This document shows positions 39,105 through 40,874 of a DNA stretch of 40,874 nt, piece by piece. Location: the NCBI GenBank assembly GCA_043739185.1, contig JAYUEN010000267.1, forward strand, positions 1 through 40,874, given 5' to 3'. How positions within the stretch are numbered: position 1 is the stretch's first letter; every line of letters starts with the position of its first letter. The translations under genes were made by a program, and so were the position numbers. The stretch is from Bdellovibrionales bacterium. Lineage in GTDB: Bacteria; Bdellovibrionota; Bdellovibrionia; Bdellovibrionales; JAMPXM01. The notes under the pieces are model-generated. The model was not told where the DNA came from. It made no database searches and was given only the letters and a program-made list of their open reading frames with translations.

Positions 39105-39262
39105 TGGGCGTGGGCAGACGAGAACCTGTGCGCGAGCCAAAGGCTCGGCTTTCGCAGGTTCGACAAAAATAGCAGAACGCTATTTTTGCACTCATTCGTA
39201 ACCGAATGAGCCCGAAGGGTCGAGCACAGGAAGTGCGAGATGCGTCCTGCCACCCCATCCAA
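39105..39262 (+). repeat. tRNA-derived structured element: antisense plus split sense copy of tRNA-Gln 3' half
   Basis: 39151-39163 = tRNA 39031-39043; 39244-39262 = 39044-39062; 80-nt hairpin-rich insert between; 39105-39130 is an imperfect reverse complement of the tRNA 3' half. Confidence 0.85.
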
Positions 39263-39309
39263 TTGTCAATCTGGTCGAACCACCAGAATAAACTATTAAA
39301 AAGACTTGT

Positions 39310-39342
39310 TTATTCAATATTCCATATCGGAATATTGAATAA
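39310..39342. promoter_or_regulatory. Perfect 14-bp inverted repeat, probable operator
   Basis: TTATTCAATATTCC-atatc-GGAATATTGAATAA, 27 nt before the HTH gene start. Confidence 0.7.
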
Positions 39343-39369
39343 TTTACCCGTTTCGCCGATGATATATGT

Positions 39370-39885
39370 ATGCAACAACCACTTTCACTCAAACCACAGG
39401 ACATTGCTATTCTGATAAAGCTCCTCGTCAGTGAGCCTGGGATTTTGCAGGTTCAACTTGCGCAAGAGCTCGGTATTTCACAGGGCGAAATCGCTAAGGC
39501 TCTCTCTCGCCTCAACAAGGCAGGACTCGTCAATAACAGACTCGTCAACCGAAGTGCTGCGCTCGAATTTATTCTTCATGCAGTTAAATATATGTTTCCG
39601 GTAGAAGTCGGCGCCTTAGCCGTCGGCGTTCCAACTGGGATTTCATCACCAACGCATATTAAAATGGTCGTCCAAAATGGCGATGACATATACGTGTGGC
39701 CGCACTCTCAAGGAAAAAAGCGTGGCCAAATCATAAAGCCTTTTTATCCAAACCTGGCAGACGCGGCACTTAAAGATCCTGAGTTTTATGGGCTTATGTC
39801 AGCCATTGAAATTCTTCGTGTTGGTCGCGTTCGCGAGCGCAAACTCGCCGAACAATATTTAGAACGAAAAATTAAAAAGTCATGA
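39370..39885 (+). CDS. Winged-HTH protein, putative type IV antitoxin/regulator
   Basis: LKPQDIAILIKL..QVQLAQELGISQGEIAKALSRLNKAGLV HTH; ATGA overlap with downstream NTase. Confidence 0.75.
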   Translation: MQQPLSLKPQDIAILIKLLVSEPGILQVQLAQELGISQGEIAKALSRLNKAGLVNNRLVNRSAALEFILHAVKYMFPVEVGALAVGVPTGISSPTHIKMVVQNGDDIYVWPHSQGKKRGQIIKPFYPNLADAALKDPEFYGLMSAIEILRVGRVRERKLAEQYLERKIKKS

Positions 39886-40589
39886 ATGCTCACCTTGCCA
39901 GTATTGAAACAATAAAAGTAATTGCAAAGGCTCTTGCCGAACTCAATGAGCACGCTGTTTTCGTTGGCGGCGCGACACTTCCCTTCTATTTGCCAGAAGT
40001 ATATTCATCTCAAGCTCGCCCAACAGAAGATGTCGATGTTGTTATGGAAGTCATCGGTCGTAATAAGACATGGCTCAATGAAAAATCCTTACGTTCAAAG
40101 GGCTTCACACATGATACGAGCGCAGGGGCGCCTACTTGTCGCTGGCTCTATCAAAATTTTAAAGTTGATATCATGAGTTCGGATATCTCTGCTTTTGGAT
40201 TTACCAACAAGTGGTATGAGGAAGGAATTGCAAGGGCAATTGAGGTCATAACTAAGCCTTTCTCTATTCGAATTTTTAGCCTCCCCCATTTTTTGGCTTC
40301 AAAAATTGAAGCGTTCAAATCTCGAGGTGGATCTGACTTTATTGGATCCAAAGACATCGAAGATATTATTTCTGTACTTGAAGTCTCATCACCAGAAATG
40401 TTCGAAGGAGTTTTGTCGACATCTTCAAAAATCCTCCAAATATATCTGAAAGACGAATTTGCGAGCTTATTGAAAACTTCAGACTTCACCGACGCCATTC
40501 ACGGCGCTGTTTTTAATAGAACAAATACGAATGAAGCCGTTGCATTTATAAGAAGTCGTATGGAGAATATTGCAAAACCCACCCTTTAA
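39882..40589 (+). CDS. AbiEii/MenT (DUF1814)-like nucleotidyltransferase, putative toxin
   Basis: VFVGGA..RPTEDVD (GG..RxTxDxD), KVDIM, SKIEAF..RG..SKDIEDI motifs of the DNA pol beta-like NTase superfamily. Confidence 0.75.
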   Translation: MNAHLASIETIKVIAKALAELNEHAVFVGGATLPFYLPEVYSSQARPTEDVDVVMEVIGRNKTWLNEKSLRSKGFTHDTSAGAPTCRWLYQNFKVDIMSSDISAFGFTNKWYEEGIARAIEVITKPFSIRIFSLPHFLASKIEAFKSRGGSDFIGSKDIEDIISVLEVSSPEMFEGVLSTSSKILQIYLKDEFASLLKTSDFTDAIHGAVFNRTNTNEAVAFIRSRMENIAKPTL

Positions 40590-40704
40590 TCTACACGACA
40601 TGAAACTCTCGCGACATTCCAGTAGCAAAACTCATTGCAGGACTTGCTAACAATATCAAAATTAAAAATCTCAACTTTAATCCTTACTTCAATTTTTCGA
40701 AAAA

Positions 40705-40872
40705 CTATAATTCCTGCACGGTCACCGTTGCATCACTCGAGCTAGTAACCAACTCACGCTTCTCATTTTCTATTCGATATCCAAGCAAGGTGATATGAAG
40801 CTTCAACTGAGATGGTAAATTGAGCGGCGAGGCAAAGCCCACCCCACCGACCTGAATCGGACACCCAGCATT
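40705..40872 (-). CDS. Probable 3' end of a gene entering from the right edge (unknown product)
   Basis: Frame open from window edge for 55 codons (NAGCPIQVGGVGF...TVTVQEL) to TAG. Confidence 0.4.
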   Translation of the reverse strand, partial: NAGCPIQVGGVGFASPLNLPSQLKLHITLLGYRIENEKRELVTSSSDATVTVQEL

Positions 40873-40874
40873 TC

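Noticed and set aside
39044..39262. CRISPR-like or tandem array suggested by a 19-bp direct repeat at 200-bp spacing
   Set aside because: Only two copies, the sequence is the tRNA 3' end, and there are no cas genes.
39151..39262. Second functional tRNA or intron-containing tRNA
   Set aside because: No D arm or anticodon arm precedes the fragment, and the 80-nt insert is too short for a group I/II intron.
38982..39415. Several short ORFs (38982-39209, 38996-39262, 39028-39258, 39192-39404, 39206-39415)
   Set aside because: They overlap the tRNA, its terminator and the hairpin element; shadow frames with no protein-like motifs.
39262..40874. Prophage or ICE integrated at tRNA-Gln
   Set aside because: No integrase, phage or conjugation gene and no distal att copy within the window; the CCCACCCCACC near 40838 is too short and lies in a probable ORF.

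Overview
Mostly core chromosome of a probable Bdellovibrionota (Bdellovibrio-like) bacterium; taxonomy is inferred from gene content and order. From left to right: hemB and a CsgA-like SDR; a long minus-strand housekeeping run (glyQS-ppdK-smc-ftsY-zapA-5-formyl-THF cyclo-ligase-rny-tyrS-ferredoxin-gpmA); a small dihaem cytochrome c; an Mrp/ApbC ATPase lacking its CxxC; a three-gene bufferin-type RiPP cluster (DUF2282 precursor, DUF692 MNIO, DUF2063-like partner); two tandem lytic transglycosylases; two GT-C-like membrane proteins with a degenerate GT2; a MoxR/Bat operon with only one vWA gene; a pseudo-HtpX, DUF1844, DegP, spoVG and an RDD protein; then tRNA-Gln(UUG). The most unusual part is the small accessory patch after the tRNA. 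It holds a ~160-nt highly structured element made of an antisense copy of the tRNA 3' half plus a sense copy split in the T-loop by an exactly 80-nt multi-hairpin insert. This is followed by a perfect 14-bp inverted repeat and an HTH + AbiEii/MenT-like nucleotidyltransferase gene pair. All family assignments come from motif recognition, not database searches.
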